A DNA stretch of 64,000 nucleotides from Camelus ferus (taxonomy: Eukaryota), in contig NC_045705.1 in the NCBI RefSeq assembly GCF_009834535.1, positions 32,550,001 through 32,614,000 of the forward strand. The letters are read 5' to 3'. Under the pieces are notes generated by a model, which made no database searches, had not been told where the DNA came from, and saw only the letters and a list, made by a program, of their open reading frames with translations. The translations under genes and the position numbers were made by a program. Positions 51,663 to 64,000 of this stretch are shown piece by piece. Within the stretch, counting starts at the first letter, position 1. The number at the start of each line of letters is the position of its first letter.

Positions 51663-54600
51663 TAAGACAGTAGTATTTGATTTGAAACCTAGCTCTGTGT
51701 TCTTGGAAAACTTTAATTTCTCCAATATTCAGGCCTTTCATCTGCAAGAAATACTTTATAATATCTGTATCACAAGGACATTGCAAGTGTTCAATAAACT
51801 TTGTCTTTCCTTGGCAATGAATATGTACATCCATTTTTCAATACTTAGCACACTCGTGGCTGGTGTCTAATAAACACTCAACAGAGGATACTAGCTGCCA
51901 TGCTAAAAAATTGTAAATATATGTGCTCTACCACCAGACAAAGTAAAGAAAAGGTGAGAATGTAGCTTTAACACATCTCTGGAAGTGCTTTGCTCGTCCA
52001 CGGGCGTCCCATCCAGCTGAGCAAAGAGATGGTAAAACAAGTTTTTACAGTGTGTTTTTGGTAGTGAATCTACTATGAAACCAATTAGTTCTATTTGCTC
52101 AACCTGAATTTAGGAAATCCAGAGGTGACTGAGACTACCATGGGCATGTGTCCGAGTTTATAATGTTCAAGATGATTGTAAAAACATTTGCAAGGTCATC
52201 GCAACACCTCAATCCCATAAGACTAGTGAGCAAACTCAAATTTCTATAGTGAACCCAGCATCTCACCTTCAGTGAGGAAACACAATTTCTTAACTACACA
52301 TTAAAACATAATTTCTTCTAACCAACATATTTAATGAAGGATATGACAGTGGCCTGTATTTAGAACTAAGTGTTATAAAATATGAATAAATTATATTATA
52401 GTAGAGCTTTCACCATCGCAACAAACGAACTGGACAGAAAGGTATTCTCAGAGTGACAAAATACAGACTTTATATGGGCTTTCTAATTTTCCTACCTTTG
52501 CTCACCTGTCAGCAAAAGTGCTTTTATTCATTCTTTGCATGTTTATGACAATAGTGTTTATTTGCATAGTTCCCTTTTATCTCTTCAGAAAAAATGCTAA
52601 TAAGCAAATACCTTTAATTGTCATATTACCTGGGGCCTTACGTCAAGGTATAATTACATACATGAACTTGTGAAGTATGGTTTTCTTTTAAAGAGCAACT
52701 TTGGACTTAGTCAATAATTTAAATAAACTCTTTTGGTGGATCCTTCCCTGCAAGGCAATGGCCAGCCCTTCATAGTCTCGTCTTTCCCCTCATGTGACTG
52801 AGGAGGCCTCCTGGCACCGGAAAGGAGGCTTTGATCTGCACTCATTACCTTCCTGCTTCTCTCGGGTCCCTCTCGGTCTCTGACATGGATGGTTACCGCC
52901 TGCTCTGCTGCCGGCTGCCAGGACCAGTGCAATTTGGGGTCGCTGTTCCCTCTGGGCTTGACAGGGCCTGCTGATCTCCCCTGCTGACCCTCCCTGCTGA
53001 CCTGGCTGCATCTTGGCTCTTCAGGGAATTACAGACCCTGCTTAGGTCTGCTCTGTCTACATCATGAGTCCTGGCCCAGGAAGTCTGCTGTGGTTACTCA
53101 GCTCCGCTGGTGCACCTGTCCCAGTCACCACATTTTAGCTATTGGCCTATTTCTCTGTTAGGAAGATGCTGGAAATTTGGAAACCTGGGTGCTGTTTATG
53201 CCCCATGGAAATGAAAGAAACTGTTGGAGCATTAACTCATGTCCAAGTATGAACTACTAAGAGCCTAAAGTTTACTTCACTTTGGCTGCCCATCAAACTG
53301 ATTCAGGGCCAGGCCTCCAGCAAGCAGTGTGGGACAGCCAGGCTCAGAGAGCTCTCCTAAGGCCTTACATCCTCATGACTTTTTTCTATGGATATTAGTA
53401 TGCCCAGGCCAAAGGCAAGACTTAAGGCTCTTAATTTTTTTATTTTCTCTATGATAATCTACATTTTTTTATTTCGAGAATGAATGCTGGATGGAGTTCA
53501 AGAGAGGAAAATTGGCTTAATCATATGAAAGATATAAAATGATTACATTATTTTTCTTGTTATTCATAATAGTAGTGCTATAAACCTGGCCAGAAACACT
53601 AGGACTTGACTCTAATTTCAAACAATAACGTAGTAAGACTTAAAGATGAAATAGTATATGAGTTAACATAAGGAATCATGAATTAAAGTGTCTTTGTACA
53701 AGTTTTCTATGCTAATAAGTTTACATGAATTAATTTCATTTAAACTGATCTCTCAGTTGGATCTGAGGGTCTAACAACTGATTCTCTACAACTTGCAATT
53801 TAATTTATGACATGAGAAAATCTTAGATTTCTAATGAAAATGTTTACATGGAAGTCCACTAATTCACAACTCTCTGCCTAGCATCATGGTTTATTTATTC
53901 AGTAACTCTTCACTAAAGATTAACTGTGCACACAGAGTGTTTACAGATCACTATTGGGAATGTCAAGTGATACTGACATCAATTTTGTCCTTAGACAATT
54001 ACTGTCCTTAAAAGATAGAGAAAAGTTATGAAAGGAGGCATGGATCACAAGTTCTGTAAGTTAAAGTTATATGATATTGTGAGAGCTCATACTAAGAGGC
54101 TATGACTTCCAGAAATCAGCCAGGGAGGCTCTGAAAGTGCAAGAGGATAAAATAACCAAGTCCCAACAGAGACAATAACGGAAACTGAAAACCAGCAAGT
54201 TTTAAAAAGGGAATGTTTCACCTACTGATAAATAACCAGCAATCAGGTAGTGCAACTATCTGTATAACCAAGCTAAAGAAGCCAGAAAATGAAATGTTTG
54301 TAAATACTGCAAGCAAGTATCTGTCTGTCGCCATGCATAAGCAAATGAATTCTTCTTTGAGAATAAAAGTTAAGACAAGAATTTCCCTCTGACAACTGAA
54401 AACAGAGAAACTCTCATTGAAAGAACTGACTAAAGGTATTCATCACACGGAAGAAAACAATCAGGAATGAAGAGTAGATACAAACAGTGAGAGAGGCTTT
54501 GAAAAAGGTCACTGAAGTTAAAGGAATATTGATACTGAATAAATATTAAATACAATTATAATTGTAATCATATGTAATACATATAAGAATATTTAAGGTT

Positions 54601-55039
54601 TATACTTAATAAATAATAATTTATTATCAGTGATTTATTCTATACCTGCAAATGAAAGCATGTAAGTTAGAAACAGGATGTAACCAGAATTAGAATATTC
54701 TAAGTTCCCTTTATTATTTCCTAGCAAAGTAGACTTAGTGATTAATGGACTTAGTTAAGTCAAGTACGTGTATTAAAACTTAAGGGAATTATTAAAAATA
54801 GAAAATAAAATGAGTAATAGTGAAATGAGAAGTAAAAAGAAAAGGAACATAGAAAATACAATTTAATTCCTAGTCAGTAAAGGGAAAAAGACGTAGGGAA
54901 AATTTTTTAAAAGGACAAAATAATCTGTCAAAAAGTATTCCAAAGTATGAATATTCACAATAAAATAAGAAACTCAGTGATTACAAGGAATTAGGGCCAG
55001 AGAATAAAAGGGTATTATAGTAAATGAAAAAACTCAAAG

Positions 55040-55455
55040 ACAAAGACAAATACTGTATGATATCATTTATCTGTGGAATCCATAATATAAAACAAAACAA
55101 ACTAATGACTATAACAAAAAAGACTCTCAGATATAGAGAACAAACTAGTGGTTACCAGTGGGGAGAGGGAAGGGTGAAGGGAAAAGATGGGGTAGGGAAT
55201 TAAGAGAGACAGACAACTCTATATAAAATAAATAATCTATAAGGGTGTATTATACAGCACAGGGAATAGAGACACTATTTTATAATAACTATAAATGGAA
55301 TGTAAACTTTAGAAATTATAAATCACTGTACTGTACCTCCAGGACCTAATATAATATTGTAAATCAACTATACCTCAATATAAAATAGGGGGAAATACAC
55401 AACACTGTAAACTGATTATAACTCAATGAAAATAAATAAATAAATAGATAAATAA
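55040..55455 (+). mobile_element. L1 3' end fragment
   Basis: caaagacaaatactgtatgatatc, gagaacaaactagtggttaccagtggggagaggg, tattatacagcacagggaata, ending in (aaat)n. Confidence 0.85.
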
Positions 55456-56657
55456 AATATGGAGAAATACACACAATAGGCATCAAATAACTAAAAATAT
55501 TTTTTAAAAAATACTGCTTAAGATGTATGAACATCACAGAATAGGCTGTTAGAGTTTAAGTATCAGAAATGAGATGGAAGCTACAAATCATAATAGATAC
55601 ACTGCTAGTTTATTACTTGAGATGATTTTTAACCTCACGATTTACAGAAAAAAATTACAAAAAGAAATAGACAATCCACAAACATCTCAGGTTTATATGT
55701 GAAAAAATAAAATATTTGTAGGGATAAGATCTGAAAAAAGCAGAAAATTCAACTAGATTGACTACTAGAACCCTGCTCTATGAGATTTTCGGCACCAGAG
55801 GCTTCCCCGCCATGTATGCCTCAGGAGGAGACACCAGAGAGAGCAGCGGGGCCCGTGACTGGAGAGGTGTGCAGTGTCTGGGACAAAGTAGCTCTGAGTG
55901 AAGACTTAACAATGATTACATATGCTTGAACGAGTGGTCTTTATGGTATTTTCTGTTTTGGGGTCCATGGTGGTAATAGTTCATGATGAAAAAAAAAAAA
56001 GAGAGAAACCACAAAAGCAGTTTTACTATAGGGATGTATAGTGGTTAAAAATATTAAAAGAAATAATAAAAAACTTAAAGGAAATCAGGCATTTCCATCA
56101 AAAAACTTTATGAGGATTCCATCAGACCAGTACTAACATGGACTGATAGTTCTTAGAGTAATAACCTGAGATCCCCAAAGACCTTCACTGATATATAATT
56201 GGAACAGAAGGAGAACCCAACCAAACAATCAAATGAAAACCTCTCATGCTACGGTTAACAAGTTTCTGGAAAATAGTTTGGAAATCCTTAAACCCCCCCA
56301 AAATCTAACAAATTGTCATTGCTGTAGCATCATTTTTTTACTTATGTCTTTTATATCTTTGCATCTGTATGACTACTGTGGACAAAATTATCTGTCCTTT
56401 ATTGACTATTGATTTTTAGAGCAATAACAATGCTATCTAGTCTTGTCTTTGACTTTCTATGTGTGTGTTTTTTTTTTAAATAGAATGAGACAACGCTATG
56501 AACACGAACTAATACTTTGACACATTCTTCCAAGTCTCACAGGCAAATTACAGGAGACAAAAACATACTCAATGACAGATAGTGATTTGTTATTTTAAAT
56601 GCTCACTAATTGGTAGAGAACACTGATATGTTACATACCTGTGACTAAATGTCTATG

Positions 56658-57596
56658 CTACTGGGCAAACAATTTCTTTTGAATCACTTTCCTTACTGCG
56701 CTTTTAACATCTTTGTTTCGAAAGCTATAGATCAAAGGATTTAACATGGGACTCACAAAAGTATAAAATACAGCTACAATTTTCCCCTGTTCTACAGATG
56801 CCTCGGAAGGGGGCCTTAGATGCATGCAGAACAGTGTCCCATAAAAGATAGTGACAGCGGTCAGATGGGACCCACAGGTGGAGAAGGCCTTGTGCCTCCC
56901 CTCTGCTGAGCGGATGCGCAGGATGGCTGAGAAGATGAAGATGTAGGAGATGAGGATGATGGTGAGAGAACAGGTGAGGTTGGCACCAGCCACCACGAAC
57001 ATGGCGGTCTCTTTGACGTAAGTGTCTGAGCAGGCCAGGACCATGAGAGGTGGGTCTGCACAGTAAAAGTGGTTGATTGCATTGGGTCCACAGAAGGAGA
57101 GGCGGAGCAGCAGGATGGTCTGTGCCAGACCATTTGCAAGCCCATAAATGTAATTAGCAGCAACGAGAGAGAGGCAGACACGTCGGGACATCTTGCTGCC
57201 ATATGACAAGGGTTTGCAGATGGCCATGTAGCGGTCATAAGCCATCACTGCGAGCATGTAATAATCTGTGATCACCAGGGCAATGAAAAAGTGGAACTGT
57301 ATAAAGCAACCAAGCAAGGAAATGGTTCTTCTCTTGGACAAGAGATTAACCAGCATCTGAGGAGTGACGTTGGTGGCGTAACAGAGATCTACAAAGGAGA
57401 GGTGACTGACGAAGAAGTACATCGGAGTGTGAAGTTTCGAGTCAGTTCTGATTAAGAAAATCATGCTCACGTTGCCGATTACCGTGATGAGGTAGACGAC
57501 TAGGAACACCGCAAACAGGACAGGCTGCAGCTCCACCCGATCTGTCAGTCCCAGGAGAATAAACTCAGTCACTGCTGTGTAGTTTGTCCTTAGCAT
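56658..57596 (-). CDS. OR5M-family olfactory receptor, intact, 312 aa (copy B)
   Basis: Full ORF. By eye it differs from 45561-46499 at 10 nucleotides and 6 amino acids. Confidence 0.95.
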   Translation of the reverse strand: MLRTNYTAVTEFILLGLTDRVELQPVLFAVFLVVYLITVIGNVSMIFLIRTDSKLHTPMYFFVSHLSFVDLCYATNVTPQMLVNLLSKRRTISLLGCFIQFHFFIALVITDYYMLAVMAYDRYMAICKPLSYGSKMSRRVCLSLVAANYIYGLANGLAQTILLLRLSFCGPNAINHFYCADPPLMVLACSDTYVKETAMFVVAGANLTCSLTIILISYIFIFSAILRIRSAEGRHKAFSTCGSHLTAVTIFYGTLFCMHLRPPSEASVEQGKIVAVFYTFVSPMLNPLIYSFRNKDVKSAVRKVIQKKLFAQ

Positions 57597-59214
57597 TGTG
57601 TTTGCTCAGCTTCAAACGAGGTCTAAAGTAAAGGAAATAAAAATGCATTTGTCTTCGGTCACTTTTCCATTACCCACATCATGTCGTCGGATAATTACTC
57701 CTCTTCTCTCCAACCTGTAAATGCACGTAACACAAGGAGATAGCATAGCAAGCATGAGATTGATGTTTTAAGTATCTAAAGTAATATAGAGATCCTTTGT
57801 GTATAGGCAGTCACATTTCCAAATCCTGTTTTGAAAGTCTTTTCATACTTGGAAAGCTTTTATTCTTTCCTGATTTAGTTTTCATAAATTGTTTACTTAT
57901 ACTTCCCTTAAACATTACTTTTCCTTGAAATTAGGATCCTTTGTTTCCTATTATACCTTTTTAATTATTTTTTTATTGAAGTATAGTCAGTTTACAGTGT
58001 GTTAATTTCTGGTGTACAGCATAGTGATCCCGTTACACATATATATTTATTTACATTCTTTTTTCGTATTGTTTTTCCCTATAGGCTATTACAAGGTATT
58101 GATTATAGTTCCCTGTGATATCAGTACACCTTTTGATGTGGTATCAAAGCATCAGTCACATGTTTTCACAGCTACGTGGACTCAAGGAGGTGGCACTGAT
58201 AAATGACATGGATCCTTATAGAACTGGAATCTGTCTACCAGCCCTTCTAAACTAAAGATCATTTTCAAGACGATCCCTCACCCTAATATGCATGTCCATT
58301 TCCCCTGCTCTTGTCTATATCAAGTGGCCCGCATATCACCAAAGCTTAAGACTCAGCTCAGGATATCCGTGGCTTTGTAAAATATAGCCAATTATTGGGG
58401 GCACGAGTGTGTTCATGGGGCACAAAAGTAAATCCGTGATCTTTGTGTAAAAACAGATAAGCATGCCGCACATAAACAATGTGCCTGTGGCACTCAACAC
58501 CACACGTATCAGTGACAGTAAATATTCAAGCAGGGAGAGGTTAGGGGAAAAATAAAATATTTAAAGACACCCTGGTTGGGGAGAAGACAATCATTAGAAG
58601 AATAGCAGAATTTAAATTAAGATATTATATAATTCATCAGAATATGTTTCAGGCCATAGTTTCATCTTTGTTCATTAAAATATTTATTTCTAGAGCATAA
58701 AATATATTTTAACAATGACTAATCCTACCTGTGAAAGAAGAGTGGTTCCCAAAGACAGCGTGGTTGGGAAGAACAGAGGAGTTTATAGCAGAACCATAGA
58801 GGGACCAGCTCCCCGTGGTGCAATTATTTCTAGCAGACAGTCGTTCAGATTATAAACAACCACCACTGTTTTATTCTTCTTAAATTATAACCTGATTGAG
58901 AACACAGTTTTTTTTTTTTTTTTTTGCCACTCCCCAATATCATCAAGAGATCAAATCTCCTGAAATTGAAACAATGGGATTCATTATTTATTTTAATTAA
59001 TGCCTGAGTGCCTCGATAGTTGGAGACTTGACTTGGGGGAACTATTAAGTTCTCTTTCTTACAAAGGGTAGAATAGAGCATGGTGTGGGGAGTAAGTCTT
59101 GGAGTCTAGAAAACTGTTGGCGATCAATGAACTATCGTTGAACTGGAACTGGTTATTTCCTGATCCTGAGCATCGCTCTTCATTTTTTAATAGGCATTAT
59201 AATGCACAGCATTG

Positions 59215-59672
59215 GAGACATTGTGGGTATTCAGATAACATAAACATGCTGGTGATTCTTCCTTTGTCAGCCTGTTGTCTTGTTTCCAGCTGACTTTGGC
59301 CAGCACGTCAGAGGTGGGAGGAAGAGAACAGTAGCCAAACTGCCCTTTCCTTTTCTCCCAGTTTCTCACGAAGGTGCTGGAGTAGCTGCGTCCTTCCAAG
59401 GAATCTCCTGCTGGGCTGTGTGTTGAGAAGAAGGCGGCCGGGGCTCTTCCTGGTTCTGGTCCTCACTGGACTCCAGACAGTTGCCCCCGCCCCGACCACT
59501 TCAGGGTTACGGTGGAAACTGCCTTCTGCAATCAGCATCCAGGTGCTTAAGTCTTTGCCTAATTTCTTTAACGTTTCTTTCACTGATTCTCTGTCTTTTC
59601 CTTAAATTCCCTTCAGTTACACCATCTGAGTAGCACTTTATTTTATGTCGTGTCCCGGACTCAGGCTAGATG
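59215..59672 (+). mobile_element. ERVL LTR (LTR33-like), copy B
   Basis: Paralog of 49035-49505 with small indels. Confidence 0.55.
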
Positions 59673-60064
59673 GGACATAGTAGTTAATAAATGTCGCAGT
59701 GGAAGTTGGAGCAGTAATAGTCATTATCATAATAATAATTATTCCTTTTGTTAAAGTTTGAGATATTCCTGATTCCACCATTGTTGGAGGTTAAAGGGGT
59801 CATTGAATCACCCTCCTTCTGGCTCCTGATTCGGCGGAACACTACCCAGGGGAGTCAGATATTAATATTACTGGCATCACTGCAGGTAAAACCGGATTTC
59901 AGAACGTGGCTTAGACATGCTTTCCTGCCCCTATCCTCTGAATGGAAGTCACCCGGGCACAGTAGAGCAGTGAGACAACTTACTGCCTGCTTCCCTCTCC
60001 AGAGCCATGACATATCAGCACATCTGATTGAGATGAGACACGTGTGTCAGTCACACAGACTCCA

Positions 60065-60590
60065 TTGGAAGGGAAAGCTAAAGGAAGTGATGGAATGAGT
60101 GACTTACAGGTCTGAGGGGAGAGCATTTTAGGCAGAGGGACCAGTGTGTGCCCAGGCTTGAGGCAGGAATGTTCAAGGAACACCAAGAAGGTCACTGTGG
60201 CAGGAAAAAAAGGACTGAAGGGAACGTGGTGGAAGTGTTTGGAGTGATGGAAATGATCACATAAGTCCTTGTGGATCCCGGTACAAAGTGAAGATTTTAG
60301 CCCAAGTGTGATAGAAGGTTAGCAAACCACTTTAGGTCACTAACAGGATGGGATTTATGTTTATAACAAGATCAGTGGCTTGTGTTGGAGGATAGGAAGT
60401 TTCAACCTGGAAGGAGAAAAATCATTAACAGTAGCTTTGGCAAGAGATAATTTCATCTTAGACCAGACTGGTAGTGGAGGAGATGCTGACAAGCTGTTCT
60501 AAGATTCAACAGGCAAGGTGCTGAAGTAGAGCAGAGATTTCCTGCTAGTTTAGATGGAAGGTGGGAAGTCAAAGGTATGAGGTTAACTGA
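60065..60590 (-). mobile_element. L2 remnant
   Basis: gagagcattttaggcagagggaccagtgtgtgcccaggcttgaggcagg...tgttcaaggaacaccaagaaggtcactgtggc matches the antisense L2 consensus. Confidence 0.7.
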
Positions 60591-61334
60591 AATATGAATA
60601 TTAAATATACAATACAATGAATATTAAGTATATAATACAAAATAAATTGGGATTTTGTGGGATACAAAGAGATCAGTGAGATCATAGGGAGTACGGGGGG
60701 AAGAAAAATGCAGACCATCAATTGTTGGTTTGAAACAAAGGTGATGGGGTGAAGAGAAATTCAAAGGACCCAAGAGGTTGATTGCTGTTGGAGAATAAGT
60801 AAGAAATCCAGGAAGAACTGAATCTGAATAAATACACAACGAGGCTCTCAAGGAGTATATGCCACTCCAGTTACAGCAGGTATGCTTGCACTGGCAACGA
60901 TAGAACCAATCTCTAGAAAGCCAGTCACCCCCTCCACCCCCTCCCTGATCGAGCACTGATGTCACGATCAGACAACGGTGGTAGTTATGTTTGAACATCT
61001 GAGGTTCTGATTCCAAAGAGGGACACGAAAGAGCCAACTCAGATTCAGATGTGTTAGGCGAGGTAAGGTGGGTGTTGCAAAGCAGCCAGCACAGATGGTA
61101 CATGGACTTCAAAGTATGTTTATCAAATACATTGTCTCGTTTAACCAGCACCACCGACCGCGGGAGGCACCTGCTGAAACTCCTCCATCTCTGAAGGAGG
61201 TAACAACTTATTGAAACCTCTCTTTTCAAAACCAGTTTTTTGGGGTGCTGATTCATTTTTATCTATTCTTGAATTGCACACAACTCATTTCTCTTTTTTA
61301 CATGTGAAAAATTATTCTTCTCTTAATAGAGAAT

Positions 61335-62318
61335 ATGAAAATGAAGCTATTTCCCCAGTGCAATGGCACCGAGGCCACCGAGTTTGTTCTGCTGGGACTG
61401 ACCACTCACCGAGACCTGCAGCCCGTCTTCTTTGGGGTCTTCCTCCTGATTTACCTCGTCACCATGGCCGGGAACCTTGGGATGATTTTATTAATCAGAT
61501 TCACTCCCCAGCTGCAAACCCCCATGTGCTTTTTCCTCACCCATTTAGCGTGCATAGATATGTTTTATTCTACGAATGTCTCTCCTCAGATGCTTGTGCA
61601 CTTCTTATCTGAGAAGAAGACCATTTCCTACACGGGGTGTCTGGCCCAGTGTTTTGTTTTTTGTGACCCTGCTCCTTACTGAGTATTACATGCTTGGTGC
61701 CATGGCCTACGACAGGTACATGGCCATCTGCAGCCCCCTGCATTACAACAGCAGAATGTCCAGGCCACTCTGCATCTGCCTGGTCACCCTCCCCTACCTC
61801 TGGGGGTCCATGATGGCCACAATGCAGGTGATACTGACCTCTCACTTGTCCTTTTGTGGATCCAACGTCATCAACCATTTCTACCGTGCGGACCCAGCCC
61901 TCTTAACGTTGACGTGTTCTGACACTTGCATAAAGCAAACCGCCCTGTTTGTGTCTGCCGGGATTAACCTCACAGGTTCCCTCCTTATAATCCTCATCTC
62001 CTATGTTTTCATTTTCATCACCATCACGAGGATCCGTTCCACTGAAGGGCAGCGCAAAGCCTTCTCCACCTGTGGCTCCACCTGACAGCTGTCACTATGT
62101 TCTATGGGTCCCTGTTCTGCACGTATCTGAGACCAGCAAACGAGCAATCTGTTGAACAAGGGAAAATTGTCTCAGTGTTTTGTATTTTTGTGAGTCCCAT
62201 GCTGAATCCATTTATCTACAGCCTGAGAAACAAGGATGTGAAACAGGCTTTGAGAAGGGTATTTATGAGAAACCTTGGTACGATGGGGAAAAGCCCTATT
62301 ATAACAGTTTCCCAATGA
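61335..62318 (+). pseudogene. Family-5 olfactory receptor pseudogene in opposite orientation, two frameshifts
   Basis: Three track ORFs tile one OR: [23 protein letters not shown]...QCFVF / VTLLLTEYYMLGAMAYDRY...KAFSTCGS / MFYGS...[16 protein letters not shown]. There is an extra T in the run at 61657-61662 and a missing C at ~62078. PMCF replaces PMYF and HFYR replaces HFYC. Confidence 0.9.
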
Positions 62319-64000
62319 AAAAAAAAAAAAAAGAATCTCAAAAGCAATCCAAAAGTATGCTTTGTTGGTTCTGCCAACATTGGGATGCAACTCTCTGGAA
62401 CAGCAATCATAGTTTAGATGCACGCAGAGCTTGGGATCGAGTGAGAGCCTATGGAAACAGAATGGCAAAGTTGTGTGGAAATGATGGTGGGCAAGAAACA
62501 CAACAGCAGAAGTCAGCTGTTTACGATTCAGCTGTTCACGGTTTTAGCGTCACTCAAGAACTCATTTCCACTTGATTAGTTAGCAGAGAAGTTCTCTCTT
62601 TCACTCCCTAGGTCACCAACATGGAGCATCCCTGAGCTGCTCTCACCAGCAAAGTGATGCGCATTGTAGTAAATTTCCTCAATAAGAAACTGATTTTCTT
62701 CCCTGGTATATCTTATGTATATTCCTTAATGAAATGTGATTATCTTCTGAGAAAAATCTCATTTCTCTAATTTTCTATGCTTGCTCTGAATGAACCTTCG
62801 ATGAATTTTTATGTCTACTTTGCTTGAATGGAAACCCATATATGTTTATTCTTTCAGCCAAAAACCTGATATTTTACATTTTAATAACCCAATGATTAGT
62901 TTCATTTTCTTTAAACAAAACAGACACCCTTATTAATAGGAGATATCCATTCCTGATTTAGAATTTTCATTTCTTTAATAAGACATTTATATCATCTTGT
63001 CCCTACAATATTAACAATTGTACACATCAGTTTTTTACACATCACTTTTCAGTTCATTTCTAGCCACAAACAATTTTAAAATAACAGCTAGTTTAATATG
63101 CATGAAAATTTGGTTTTAGTGTTTTGCAACTAAATTGTAGCATAAGCATATTTCACACTGCTTGATATTCTTTGGAACTGATCTTTATTTAAAAGCATAA
63201 TATAACAACACTGATATGACATATATAGTTCACCACCTCGTTTTAATAATTAAGGGGTTTTATTTTTCCCTCTTTAGGAAGATCTTTACATCTGTAAGTT
63301 ATTACTTGTGATCAGTTATTATATTAAGATAGATTTCCACAGTTTTATTCATTGTCTTTATATTTCTTTCATTTATTTCATAAGAAAGCAACACCAGCCA
63401 ATGAAAACTCTAGTTACCCCACATCCTTAATAGTCTTGGGAGTCTCATTTGATTGTGTGCATGTGTGAATATTGCAGATATAAATGCAATGCAGAAAGCA
63501 TTCATGCATCAGATACAATTTGTTGGAACTCAACTTTTATTTATTTCACTTTTTCTCAATTTTATAGTGTGCTAGCTACAATGATAGTGATCTTTAATCT
63601 CAAGAAGAAAAGAGCCTTTATTCAGAGGAACTTTCTCTTGAGAAGGAAACTTCTGAATGAAAGAAAAATTGGGGTTCCAGATTAAAACATTGTAGGTAGA
63701 GAAACTGACAGTCAGTGGCCCTCATCACTCACTCCTAACAGACACATAAAGATAGATTTGATGACCTCTGAAGAGCTTAGCCTATCCAGAAGTACAATAT
63801 TTTTAAAGAAAAATAATAGAAGCTTGACTTAGAAGGACCCTGAGTGACCATCCAGTTCAACAATTTTATAGAACAAGTTTGAGCCTCTGTTTTTTTTTCT
63901 ATTTTCATATTCCAATTCTAACATTAATAAATAAAGATCCTTTAATTTTATATCTTGGGACATAGATAGTTTGTTGTTTTTTTTTAAATTTCTTTTTATT

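Larger units (their letters stand above)
55721..60059. repeat. Segmental duplication, copy B (paralogous to 44657-49897)
   Basis: Same anchor sequences in the same order. About 0.9 kb shorter because of one large indel. Confidence 0.9.

Noticed and set aside
8064-57238. Antisense or alternative-frame ORFs overlapping OR genes (8064-8381, 19284-19553, 29084-29473, 40169-40399, 45764-46141, 56861-57238)
   Set aside because: They are shadows of OR codon usage with no independent evidence.
34753-58984. 13-mer caatgggattcat shared upstream of different ORs (34753, 48798, 58972)
   Set aside because: Two copies come from the duplication, and one extra 13-mer match is expected by chance in 64 kb.
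49023-59605. ORFs present in both duplicated blocks (49023-49418/59308-59583 and 49258-49440/59420-59605)
   Set aside because: They lie within the LTR33-like element, their similarity is explained by the duplication, and frames are broken by indels between copies.
44657-60059. Possibility that the two 312-aa genes are an assembly false duplication of alleles
   Set aside because: Flanks differ by many substitutions, indels and a 0.87 kb segment, far beyond allelic divergence.
60624-61256. 210-aa minus-strand ORF
   Set aside because: It has a non-ATG track start, no recognisable domain and low-complexity content, so it is likely a chance ORF in GC-richer sequence.
1-64000. A novel multi-gene system, or prokaryotic-type features (CRISPR, operons, rRNA, defence systems)
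   Set aside because: All convincing coding signal is olfactory receptor or L1-derived, and the remainder is ordinary mammalian repeat and intergenic DNA. No regularly spaced repeat-spacer array is present.

Overview
This is AT-rich mammalian genomic DNA containing part of a class II olfactory receptor (OR) cluster of the OR5M subfamily. Four tRNA-derived SINEs of the Vic-1 type point to a camelid (recalled, not searched). I find 10 single-exon OR loci, 9 on the minus strand and 1 on the plus strand. Four look intact: an OR5M5/Olfr1030-like gene spanning a 132-N run, OR5M11, and two near-identical 312-aa paralogs inside a ~5 kb segmental duplication. Six are disrupted: an OR5M3-like gene with an 8-bp duplication, a gene with a 1-bp deletion, a 3'-truncated gene, an OR5M8-like ORF lacking NPxxY, a heavily decayed relic at ~24.3-25.0 kb, and a plus-strand gene with two frameshifts. 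Intergenic DNA holds L1, L2, MIR, SINE, LTR and DNA-transposon remnants plus microsatellites. I see no evidence of a new biological system. The most notable observations concern OR birth and death: gene conversion between the duplicates, a cryptic in-frame pseudogene, lesions recurring at the end of TM3, and a clean solo LTR. Gene and repeat names come from recalled sequences and are unverified by database search.
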